From NCBI GenBank assembly GCA_050230475.1, contig JBFLGF010000060.1, positions 1 through 64,000 on the forward strand: DNA of 64,000 nt, given 5' to 3'. This document shows, piece after piece, positions 53,301 through 64,000 of this stretch. Source of the DNA: Ancylonema sp. (lineage: Eukaryota). Numbering within the stretch: the first letter of the stretch is position 1; each line of letters begins with the position of its first letter. The notes under the pieces were generated by a model. It did not search any database. It saw only the letters and a list, made by a program, of their open reading frames with translations, and was not told the DNA's origin. The translations under genes were made by a program, and so were the position numbers.

Positions 53301-55727
53301 GTAAATCTATGATAATGTATAAACGGATGTACGTGTATACATACATTCATCCATACGTACAAATGTACACTCATAAATATACATACAAACGTATACACGT
53401 GTTATTGTTTACATAAATATATGCATATGTATCTACACAAATAAATGTATATATATATACATATGTACATAGATAGATATATATATCTAGATAGATAGAT
53501 ATATCTATATACGCATATACATACACACATAAGCATACACGTACACATAGACACATACAGATACTTTTATAAAATTTATATACCCAGTACATGGACTGTT
53601 GTTCTTTTGGCCCATTTTCATTTTGATACACGTACATGCATTGTATTCCAATTTCGAAACATATGACATTAGCTCAGGGTATATCATTTGCGTATTCTGG
53701 GCATCGTACACATTTGAGCGGGCGCTGAGTTGGCAACTCGATTTGTTTTCAGACTCTGTGCGCAAGATGTGGATCATCTCGTTTCGACCCTCCAGCAGTT
53801 CCTGACCATCACCTTGTTCGAATCCGCTGACGTCAGCGCGTCAGTGCAGGCGGCCACCAACCTCCTTCACCTTCTACGTGAGGACGCCATCTGGCAACCC
53901 ATCCCACGCGTCAGATGTCTCAGATGTGTCAGAAATCCGAAGTACTCAAGACTCCGAATTTGGGCTCATTCTCCCTCCTTGTGCAGACGAATCGAATGAA
54001 CGTGTGCGGCGCGTTCCCATTTCTTCCTTTTATAACGACGCTTTGAACGCTGATGAGTTCAACATTCAGGAGGATTACCAGAAGTGGGTCATCAACGCCA
54101 GGTAGGCAGGAGGGGAGAGTAGGGGGGGAAGGGACAGCTGTAAAATGCGAATATTGTTTCTGCGAATGCGAATAGTGTAGGGTATCCAACGGCTGGGGTT
54201 TTCTCAAGGGTATAACTATCTCAGCATATAGGGTTAGGAGGTTTTTAAGGGCTTCGAATTTTGGCTATTTCAGGGGGTTTCTTTCTGGGGGGGGGGGGGC
54301 GGGGGGGGTTTGGGTATCTTCATGTTTTTCAGAGTTCAGGGTTTAGGGGCTGTTTGTAGCTTGACTTCTGCAAACCTCACTCAACGAGCAACCAACACCA
54401 TAGTCAAGGCACCTTGACAGCAGCTACAACAACCAAAAAAAAAAAAAAAAAAAAACCATTGGCCAGCCTCGCTGATCCTCCTCCTCCCCCTCCTGTCTCC
54501 CCCCCAGAGGCACCCGTTGTTTCACCTTCCTCTCCTACCCCTTCCTCTACGACCCTTCCACCAAGAGCACTGTGCTGCGCATCCACAACATCCAACAGAT
54601 GAGCACGCAGTTCGAGGAGGCGCTGTTCAGCGCATTCTTGGCAGAATCCGTGGCGCCCTTCAGCGTAATAAGGGTGAGGAGAGAACATCTCATTGCGGAC
54701 GCAATTGCACAGGTAGGGAGGAGGGGGGGGGGGGGGGGGGAGGATGGTTGTTGATTTTGTTGAAGGTTTTTTCTGCATGTGTGTGTGTGTTTGCAGGTGC
54801 AGAGAAGGCCGATGGATGTGAAAAAGCCTCTCAAGGTTGTTTTTCTTTTCCCCTTCCTTTTTTTTTATTACCAGTCCCAAGCACAGAACCTACATACTTT
54901 TCCTATGTTTACATGTGTGTGTGTGTTTTTCTTTCTTGAAATTTAAATCTTTATTGATATGCATATATAATATACAGGTATGTCATCAAATCACCCATGT
55001 AAGATCAAAACATATCTGATGAGTATTGATGTCTGTCTGTGTTCAGGTCCAGTTCGTGGGGGAAGAGGGAGTGGACGAAGGGGGTGTACAAAAAGAGTTT
55101 TTCCAATTACTGTTCCGAGAAATCCTAGACCCAAAGGCAAGCCAACCACCACCCCCCAACCCCCCACCCCCCCTCCCCCCCTCCCCCCCCTCCCCTCTCT
55201 CCTGTCCTCATCCCTCTGTTTCTGTATTGAATCCCGTGTTCAGTTCGGCATGTTTAGTTACAACCCCGACACCCGTCTCTTTTGGTTCAACTCTTCCCCC
55301 CTCGACTTCTGCGCCGAGTTCGAGTTGATCGGTCAGATGATGGGGCTGGCCGTGTACAACGGACACATACTAGGACTCAAATTCCCGTCCGTGCTCTACA
55401 AGAAAATGCTCAACAGGAGTGTGGGGCTGGACGACCTGGCAGACGTAGGGAGAGGGAGGGGGGAGGAGGGTACATTGGGGGTGGGTGGGAATGGGTTGAT
55501 TGATGGTTTTGGTGAGTTGTGGTTTTTATTGTTTGTAGGTGAACCCTCATCTGGCCAAAGGGCTCAAGGAGTTGTTGACATTTGAGGGAGATGTACAGGT
55601 AGGACTCGAATTCCACCACTCCCCTCCCTTTTCCCTCGTATCCCCTTCCTCCTTATCTCTACCCGAACTTCCTCTCTCCCTTACACTGCAGCAACTTAAA
55701 AAAGAAAGCTTGGAAATTTTTGTTCCT

Positions 55728-55759
<32 letters not shown>

Positions 55760-57839
55760 GGTTTTTGATTTTTGGATTTTTTTTTTGTTTTTTGTTTTGT
55801 TTTGTTTTTTTTTTTTGTTTTTTTTTTTTGTTTTTTTGTTTTTGTTTTTGTTTTTTGTTTTGTTGATTCTGAATTCCATTTTTCATCTCTTCTCCTTTTT
55901 CCCCTTCCTCGTCCCCCGTACTTGTCCCCAGTCTCCTTCATTACCCACCTATATTTCTTCTCCTCTCTTCTTTCTTCCCCTTCCCAGGAGACCTACCAGC
56001 TCACCTTCCAGGTCTCGGTCCAAGACATGTTCGGCGTAATTTCAACTGTAGACCTAAAAGAGGGCGGGGCAGACCTCCCCGTGACCTCCGCCACCCGTGC
56101 CGACTACGTGTCCCTCTCCACCCACTTCCACCTCACCTCCTCCATCTCCGCCGCATTCGACGCCTTCTCCTCCGGTTTCACCCGCGTGTGTGGGGGGCCA
56201 ATCCTGCGCATGTTTGAGGCCGAAGAGCTTGAGATGCTCATCTGCGGCAGCACGGTGCTGGACTTCGAGGCGCTGTAGGGAGGGGGGGGGGGGGGGGAGG
56301 GAGGTATTGGAGGGGTGGGGGGGGGGGGGGTTAAAAGGGCTAGGGTTTTTGAGTGTGGGGGAGATATAGGAGGTGGGGGGTGGGTGAGGGGCTAGGGTAT
56401 TTGGGTGAGGGGGGCAGGGTGGGGGTGGCAGTGGGGGGGGGGTTGTGGCTGGTCTGATTCTGCTATTGAATGGGAGAAATCTTTGGTCGCGTATCTCAGT
56501 ACACGGGTTGTGATACTTGGATCCTGGAGGGCTGGTAGGTTGGCAGGTTTTGAAATGTCGGGGTCTCTTTTCTCTAATTGATCGGAGTTATGTTGTTGTT
56601 GTTGTTGTGGTTGTTGTTGTTGTTGTTGTTTTTTTCAGTGAGAAGGGTACCCGATACGAGGATGGGTATACGGGAGAAAGTGAAGTCATTCAACTCTTTT
56701 GGAAAGTGAGAGGGTGGGAAGGGGCAAGGATGGAAGTGGTCAGGCGAAGAGGTCAAGGGTTTCTGGTTTTAGAACCTAGAGTTATGAGGGTTTGATACAC
56801 TTGATGCCTCATGTGAAGGGGATGTACATTTCCCACTTCACTCCAAAGATGTGTGCATGCATACTTCACCCATCGCACCACAAACTTAGAACCATCACTA
56901 TAACATCAACAAGTAAAAACGCATTTGTGCCAAAAGCAAGCCCCAAATCCCACTTCGAGTTGTGCGTACCCGACCCCCCTTTTTATGAGAAGGGAGAGAT
57001 GTGGAGGACTCCCACTCGTAAGGCTCATTCACCTTTCCGACGACCACCAGTAAGCGACGACCGTATCCGTATCAAATTTGGCCCGACCCCCCTCCCCTTC
57101 CCCCCTCCCCCCTCCCCCCTCCCAGTTGGTCCACAGCTTCACGGAGGACCAGAATAAGAAGTTGCTCTTCTTTGTGACGGGGAGTGATAGGGTGCCCATC
57201 AAGGGGTTGGCGGATCTTGCCTTCGTCATATCAAGAAATGGTGAGAGGAGAGGAGGGGGGACAAACGTACGCTCTAGTGGAACCGATACCGGGGGGGGGG
57301 GAAACCATCCATTTTTTAAAGTTGTTAAGGATTGTAGGATTTATGAGTAGATCATGAACCCAAATAGAAAAGTAACAACCCTGGGTTTGTTTTTCCGTTG
57401 CATCAGCGGAAAGCCGTATGGTAACGATGAAGGAAAGGTTTGTACAATCACAAACTACAATGTAAAGTCACACTTCAATCCTCCGGCTCCTTCACATGTT
57501 GTGCAGGATCTGATTCCGATCGTCTGCCGACTTCTCACACGTGTTTCAACCATTTGCTACTGCCTGAGTACAAGTCTATAGAAAAGGTAAGTCAAACCGG
57601 ATTGCTTTTTCAAAGTGCGTGTCACAAAGGTCGAGGGTGGGATCGCATTTTGTACGTATGTTGTGTGTCTTGTTAAAGATGTGAATCTTTATCCCCCTTC
57701 AAAGTAAATTTAAAACCTGGGCATGCTTTGTCACGAGAGTAGCTAAAGCTCATTTTTTATTTCTTTCTTTGCGTCATTGCAGATTCGTGACCGCCTCATT
57801 ATGGCTGTCAATAATGCCGAAGGCTTTGGTCTCATGTAA
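50382..57839 (+). CDS. HECT E3 ubiquitin ligase, UBE3A/HERC/HECTD2-type C-terminus; many exons, 5' structure tentative
   Basis: [105 protein letters not shown] (catalytic Cys), AEGFGLM* (TAA 57837-57839). Confidence 0.92.
52880..53640. repeat. Low-complexity TA/CA/TG-rich tract in a HECT intron
   Basis: Degenerate ATAC/ATGT/ATAT repeats read directly. Confidence 0.8.
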
Positions 57840-59437
57840 ATAAAGGATGAGTACTTTGAGGCTCCCTTCTTCCACGTCAAGTAGTTTTGTTGCCGCTAAC
57901 TTTTAACTTAGAGCATATAAAAGTTGAGCTGGGGGGATCATGAAAGGAGGACTTGGACAAAGGGACGCACTCAAGACTTAGTTGCTCGACAATGACAAAC
58001 CCAAAAAAAAAAAGTCACATACCGTGCTTGAATTACATTATTGTGTGGTCAGTAGGGATTCAACCTACACCAAACTACTCTAGTGAGATCCAGATCATGA
58101 CTCAAGGCCCAATCCTGATGCTGCTCATCGAGACAAGCAACCAAGTCATCAGCCGACATCCGTCATTTCCATCGACGCAAAAAAATATAAAAAGTCAAAG
58201 TTTTGCAGATTTTTCCAAACTCTGTCGATTTCTTTGTTTTTCTGAGATTTGTTGACTCCCTCTTTCACGTCACAGGTACACAAATTTGCATTTGGTCTCT
58301 GATTCACCCATTTTTTTAATTAGGATCCTTGTTCTTAAACGTATCGATTGATTGTTTTTGCAGTACAAATCAATTAGTCCAAATTCACTTATGAGAATCA
58401 ATGATAACCACGTTTTGCCCTGTGACTCAATAGACATGTATCGGCCACCATATCTATCTGCACAAATGGTGCAACTCTTAACATGTGGCGGAATGGATTC
58501 ATTTCGAATGTCAATACCATCATTCTATTCGATGACTAAAGTTTAAATTCAAATTGAACTCAACCGATTAGATTTGTGATATATACCTATAATATGTGAA
58601 CTCGTGAAATTTGGTGTCATACTAGCACTAGGTCGCAAAATGTTGGAAAGATTCGCAATATCGAACTGTGTTTGAAGATTATGATCCAAATCCCCGACTC
58701 GGCGTTCGTCGAGTCTCCTAGCTGAAATAAGCCAGTAGCCTCTGGAGGATACGCCGGTTCCCAACAACTCGACGAGTCGCCGTAACGGAGCTACCGGTTT
58801 GTGGGGTTGGGATGCCGAGTCCTGCCACCCCATATAAACCTGAGATCATCCCGAAATACGAAGACAATCTTCACCACGACAAGTTTGTTTTTTTAATTTC
58901 AAATGGTGTTTTAAAAGTTATGTGTAAAATCTCCCTATAGTGATTTACAACCCTCCATGTCTTGACAACTCTTTCTTTGAAATTATTACTCGATGTCGTA
59001 GAATGGTGTAGAATATTAATTGTAGCAAACAACGATGTATAGGATGTCGAAAATCTAGAATCCTCAAGAACGAGAGTGTACATATATGAGTAATGTAGAA
59101 TCGAGAGGCCCTTCAACCATATCTCTCTCCGAAATAGAGAACGCCGACTATGTCTTTCATTTTTTGTATAAAATGGCGCAATGTATGAAAATGAATATAT
59201 AAAAATTAGTGTATAGTTTTTTGCCTCGTTTCACGATCTATAAAGCTTATGTGGTTTTCTTCAAGATATGTGTAGGTGTGCCATGTTTTACCGGAATTTT
59301 CCATGTTCTTTGTGTTTCATGCCGATTGAGTTTACTGCATACCTAGGAAAAAATGCATGTACTTTGTTGCTTCGTACAACTCTTCACACTAATCCTACTC
59401 TCCTTATGCGTGCATACATTGTGCTTGTTTTCATGTA

Positions 59438-59611
59438 CAGTATAACTTGTCTAAAGGAATACCGTTCAGGGGGGAGAAATCGTATTCCTTTAGAGAGGTT
59501 ATTCACTTATACAGGTACGGTTCCTAGCCATTCCGGTTTTGGGACCGGAATTTGCTATTCCTGTGTAGAGGTTATTCCTTTAGAGAGTATTTCTTTGGAG
59601 AGGTTATACTG
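59438..59611. mobile_element. Short pogo/mariner-type MITE (174 bp)
   Basis: TA|CAGTATAAC...GTTATACTG|TA; CTAAAGGAAT/ATTCCTTTAG subterminal repeats, also seen at 36789-36813. Confidence 0.8.
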
Positions 59612-61217
59612 TATTGGTCTCATTACTCACTTGTATAACTCGCCTCTTAATACACGTGGTGAAGTAACGCCAATTATTCGAGTCAACATGAAAGCAACAC
59701 ATCTAGTTATTCTAGGAGCAAAGAGTCCATTTGCTTCATCTAGGTAGTCCTTCGATACAACGACACTCGGTTCAAAATCTTTAAAATCGTAGTGACACAC
59801 TGTTAACGATACCTCGATACAACGACTTTTACTTGTCGTTATATCGAGGGTTCACTGAGGCGAATTCCGGAGGCGAATTTGTTCTGCTCGAGGGGTGCCC
59901 CCGAGCACCAAGCGTCGCCGGGCGGGCAGTGGTAACATCCGGGGCACTGTGTACGCCTCCGCCGCGCCCCGTACCCAGCCTCCCTCTGGGGTTTTACGCC
60001 ACCTATTTTCAGTGAGTTCTTCCAGGACACAGCAAGCGAAGACCCTGGTATCCGCTTCCGAAATCTGTGTCCAATTTTGCGTTAACTGCCTTCTACAATT
60101 ACAAAGACTTTGGTATCATTACTCGACGGTTCAAAAGAGGTGACATAATGATTTACGACGTCAATTCACCTCTGTTTCGATCCTTCTTGAGCCAGAAGGG
60201 CGCTGCAGCCACGGACAAGTAAGTTTTTTGTTGATGCTTCTCTCACCGTGCTCGTGTGCTATAGCAATGAGGCTCTGTGACGTAGAAATAAGAACACATG
60301 ATAAAATGTTAAGACCAGATGGCCAACTATCCACCACATGGACGCGAGTCCTCAGGGATAAGTTTATAGCTTCGAAGGATAAATCAGTGAGAGGCACAGT
60401 GGAACGTGTCAGCGTGCCCGGGTTGTTTGGAGTTCTTACGGCAAGTTTGGCGTGAACATTTTGTATGCTGTAAACGACGAGTCGTAAGTCCGTGAGGCAG
60501 TCACTCGTGCCGTATCCACGTCACTCTTCGAAAGCTGGTCAAGTGCTGACTACACCTCTTCTACCCCGTCTTCTTCCTGGCAGGAAGCAAAAGGGGGATC
60601 AGATGCCTAACCAACAAAGGCCCAAGGCGAACGAGAACAAGCCTGTGATGAACGAATAACATTCTGGGTCGTTGTTCTGGGTCGATGTCAGCTTTCAGCC
60701 CAGACAGAGCTATGTTACTCACCCTCTGGTGCCGCTAAAAGCCACTGCAAGGTTAACACTCGAGTGCCACTGTACTCGCCTGCAAGCGTTTTGTGTACCT
60801 CAGATGTTTTCTAAAAAAATATTTCCTACCGTGATGCATCTTTTGCAATTCGTATTTTGCTGGTTGATAAGTTGAAGTTTTATGTCCTCTCGAAAGTGAC
60901 ATGCGTAAAAGGAGACACGAGGACTGAATTCGAGTGACGCGAAAAGGTAGCGAAAGTTGTATTTTAGTATTGCGTAAGTTGTTGCATACAATGATTGCAA
61001 TGTAGTACGTAGTCTTTTGCCCTCTCATCTTTCATTGTTACAATTCAGTATGAGTTTTTGCAAACACCTGCAAATGGCAAAATGATGATGTTCATCTGAA
61101 GTGCATTTAAGTATGGAAGGTTGACACTAAGTGAAACTCCGCATTTATCAATTGGTCCTGAACTTTCTAAGAAGCTAGCACACTTACCTTATAAGGCGCC
61201 GGAAATGAGTTATTATC

Positions 61218-63954
61218 TGTGAGTGCTTTCTTCTGCCATCGATGCAAGAATAAAGCACAACTCTCTCAGACAACTCTTGAATCGACAAATCACGTCATTA
61301 CAAACGTTGACACAACAAAAGTGCAAGGTTGAAGTAGAAAGTCTGATTAAGGACTTCAGCATGCAAGCTCAGACCTAGTACAGTCAATTGTTGCCTGGTC
61401 AAAGAATCTGCCGGTATCGAAACTACTTCGTCAATTGCCAATCATATCTAAGCGCCACATCAACTAGTTCTTATCAACACGATAGACACTTGTGCCAGAT
61501 GGCCAAGTAATCATTAAAACAAGGACGTCGGCCTGCAGCCGGCCTGCAGCCTGCCTGCAGCCTGCATTTGCTGAATAACGACAAAAATAAAGCTAAATTC
61601 CCGGCATTGCTAAAATCGATATAACGACAAAAGTTCACAGCCCCTAAAAACTAACACCCCCTCCCTGGGAACTTTTGTATTCCCCCTCCAAAAACGATAA
61701 CCAAACCAAAACGATATCGATTTTACAAAACATTAAGTCAAATTTTTCATACACCAACCCCACCAGATCACAATTTTTCTTCAACACCTTGGCAGACACT
61801 GCTTTAGTCGTCAGCATATCAGCAGCCTGGTCTTCATAACAAACTGTAGACTCATCTTTTTCTTGGACACCCTCTCTCGACTGGAATGATACTTGATCTC
61901 GATGTGTTTGGAGCGCTTGTGAAAAACAGGATTCTCGGCAAGTTTCAAAGAACTCTCCTTGTCTCCCAGCAATAGCACACTCCCCCCACCAATACCCAAC
62001 TCCTTTTGCATCTGGCTCAAATAAATGGCCTCATTTCCACAGCACTCCCCCAAATACTCACTCTCACAGCTTGAGTGTGTGACTGTTTCCAGGAGACCAC
62101 TTTTCCAGCTCACAGCGGCTCCTCCACTAAGAAAGACATAGCCAATTCTCCTCTTCCTAGTGTCGACGTCGCCAGTTTTTCCACTGCAAGTGTAAGACCA
62201 CCCTGCTTCTCTGGCTTTCTGACCGCTGAACAGATTAATGCGCATCCCAGGAATGTATAATCATTTCTTGAGTGTTACTCCTCCACACTCTCCATCAGTA
62301 TTCAGCTCAATTGTTCCCCACTGCTTCACTCGCACACTTCCGACCAGATGATGCATGATGACCTCGTGTGGAATGTCTTCGAGGATTTTGAAATCTTCGA
62401 GGATATTTCTGCCCACAGGAATGGTGACTGGAACCATCGTCGAAAAGGAAATCTTTCTCTGCATCATCGTCATCTGCAACATTTCCTTCACAGATCTCAG
62501 CGACGACAGCTTCTCCATGACCACAGCTCTTCTCCTCATCGATTTCGCCAACGAAAGCTGTTTTTCTCCCAGTGCTTACCCCCTTTCTCTGCATTCGTGG
62601 AGCTTCGTTTTTCTTGTCGAAACATGTTAATTCCACATGACCAATGGCTCCACAATATTTGCATCTTGGAGCAGTCTCTGCTGTAGTGACCTGTCTCTCC
62701 ACAAGTATAGCAGGAATGTCCTCCACTTGATCCACTGCCTCCACCTGTGCCTCCACGACCACCTCTGATTCCACGATTATCTGCTGAATACCCCCTGAAT
62801 GTACCCCTGCCTACGATTGTCGATACCACCACCTCTGCCTTGGCTCCACTTAGCATAGTTTGCTCTACAACTAGTGCCTCAGCATCTTTTACATCTTTTT
62901 CTTTCTTGTCGTCCAGCTCATCCATTCCCATCTTCTGCCCCCAGATCCAGCTGATCCCAGGTGCCTCTTTTTTCTGTCCATAGTAAATCAACATGCCGTA
63001 TTTTGTTCTTGACATGCCAGCGAGACATGCCAGCAAACAATGCCATCACCTAATCTTCTGCGCTGACTAGAATTTTTTGATGTACACACTCTCTGATGAT
63101 CGACAAAAAGGTATTCTTGATTTCTCTGACTGGCATCTTTTCATCAATCTTGAAAGAGTTCAGCTTTTCTTTTGCAATCTGTCGAAGTTCTGGAGATACC
63201 TTGTCATACTCCTCTGTCAGATAGTCCCACATCGCCTTTGGATCTCGTTCAAATTGTTCAAGTAAGTGATGTAGCGATGTCGTCACTGACAAGTTGCATG
63301 AGTAGTATGACTGCCTTCTTTGATCTTTTGCGGAAGCTTCTGACATCAAGTGTATACTGCGCCATTTCTGCTTCATTTGTTGGCCAGTGTTCATCATCAT
63401 ATCTGGCTGTAACCTCAGTTGGAATAGTCTCTGTTCCTTTTCAGATCTCAAGGCACTCAGCATCATCAAGAGTAGCTGAGGCCTTAGATCTCCATGCTTG
63501 TAAGGTAACTTTATCTCCATCCAGAATGCAGCTGATACCACTGTGAGTGCTTTCTTCATAAAGTTCACTTCTTCTTAATCACAATTCTCTCAGACAAATC
63601 GACAGATCACGTCATTACAAACGTTGACACAACAAAAGTGCAAGTTTGAAGTAGAAAGTATTGATTTCTGATTACAGAATTCGGCATACAAGCTCAGACC
63701 TAGTACAGTCGATTGTTGCCTGGTCAAAGAATCTATTGGTATCGAAACTACTTCGTCAACTGCCAATCATATCTAAGCATTCTGCCACATCAACGAGTTC
63801 TTATCGACACTTGTGCCAGAGGGCCAAGTAATCATTGAAACAAGGACATCGGCCCGCAGCCGGCCTGCAGCCTGCCTGCAGCCTGCATTTGCTGAATAAC
63901 GACAAAACTAAAGCTAAATTCCGGTATTGCTAAAATTAACGCTAAAAACTAACA
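61218..63954 (-). mobile_element. Ty1/copia LTR retrotransposon related to 8838-11990, with a larger internal deletion
   Basis: LTRs 61218-61656 and 63542-63954 (TG...CA); PBS TGGTATCAGC 63531-63540; PPT after 61656; TSD TTATC/TTTTC; gag CYTCGETGHYSRDC, FDDGSSHH, RNase H tail HSSCESEY...HKRSKHIEIKYH. Confidence 0.93.
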
Positions 63955-64000
63955 TTTTCCTTGTTGTGTTCTTCATCAACTTTTGAACATTAAAGGGTGG

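Noticed and set aside
55539..55941. Phe-rich and Lys-rich ORFs
   Set aside because: Poly-T tract within a HECT intron
56270..56280. Apparent in-frame TAG ending the HECT ORF (DFEAL*)
   Set aside because: CT|GTAGG is a splice donor; it joins CAG|T-GAG-AAG at 56639 to give EALEKGTRY

Overview
Eukaryotic nuclear DNA with intron-rich genes and plant-type proteins, most consistent with a streptophyte alga or early-diverging land plant (inference; species not identifiable). Host genes: EF-1alpha (-, truncated by the window edge) head-to-head with an MtaD-like amidohydrolase (+); a peroxiredoxin IIF (-) that the ORF track misses; a CDPK (+) with two in-frame TAGs; a CPSFL1-like Sec14 protein (-); a frameshifted F-box/LRR gene (-); and a UBE3A/HERC-type HECT E3 ligase (+). 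The intergenic DNA is dense with transposons: two internally deleted Ty1/copia elements, a truncated Ty3/gypsy, a solo LTR, a degenerate CRE-like non-LTR retrotransposon with a restriction-like endonuclease, a MULE transposase relic, at least five CATAG-ended hAT-type MITEs with 8-bp TSDs, and pogo-like MITEs. I found no CRISPR array, rRNA or tRNA, and no clearly new biological system. The best leads are the CHG-context lesions in the CDPK, a dual-frame microhomology at a copia deletion junction, and an unidentified exon relic present as two inverted copies. All translations, splice calls and alignments were done by eye.
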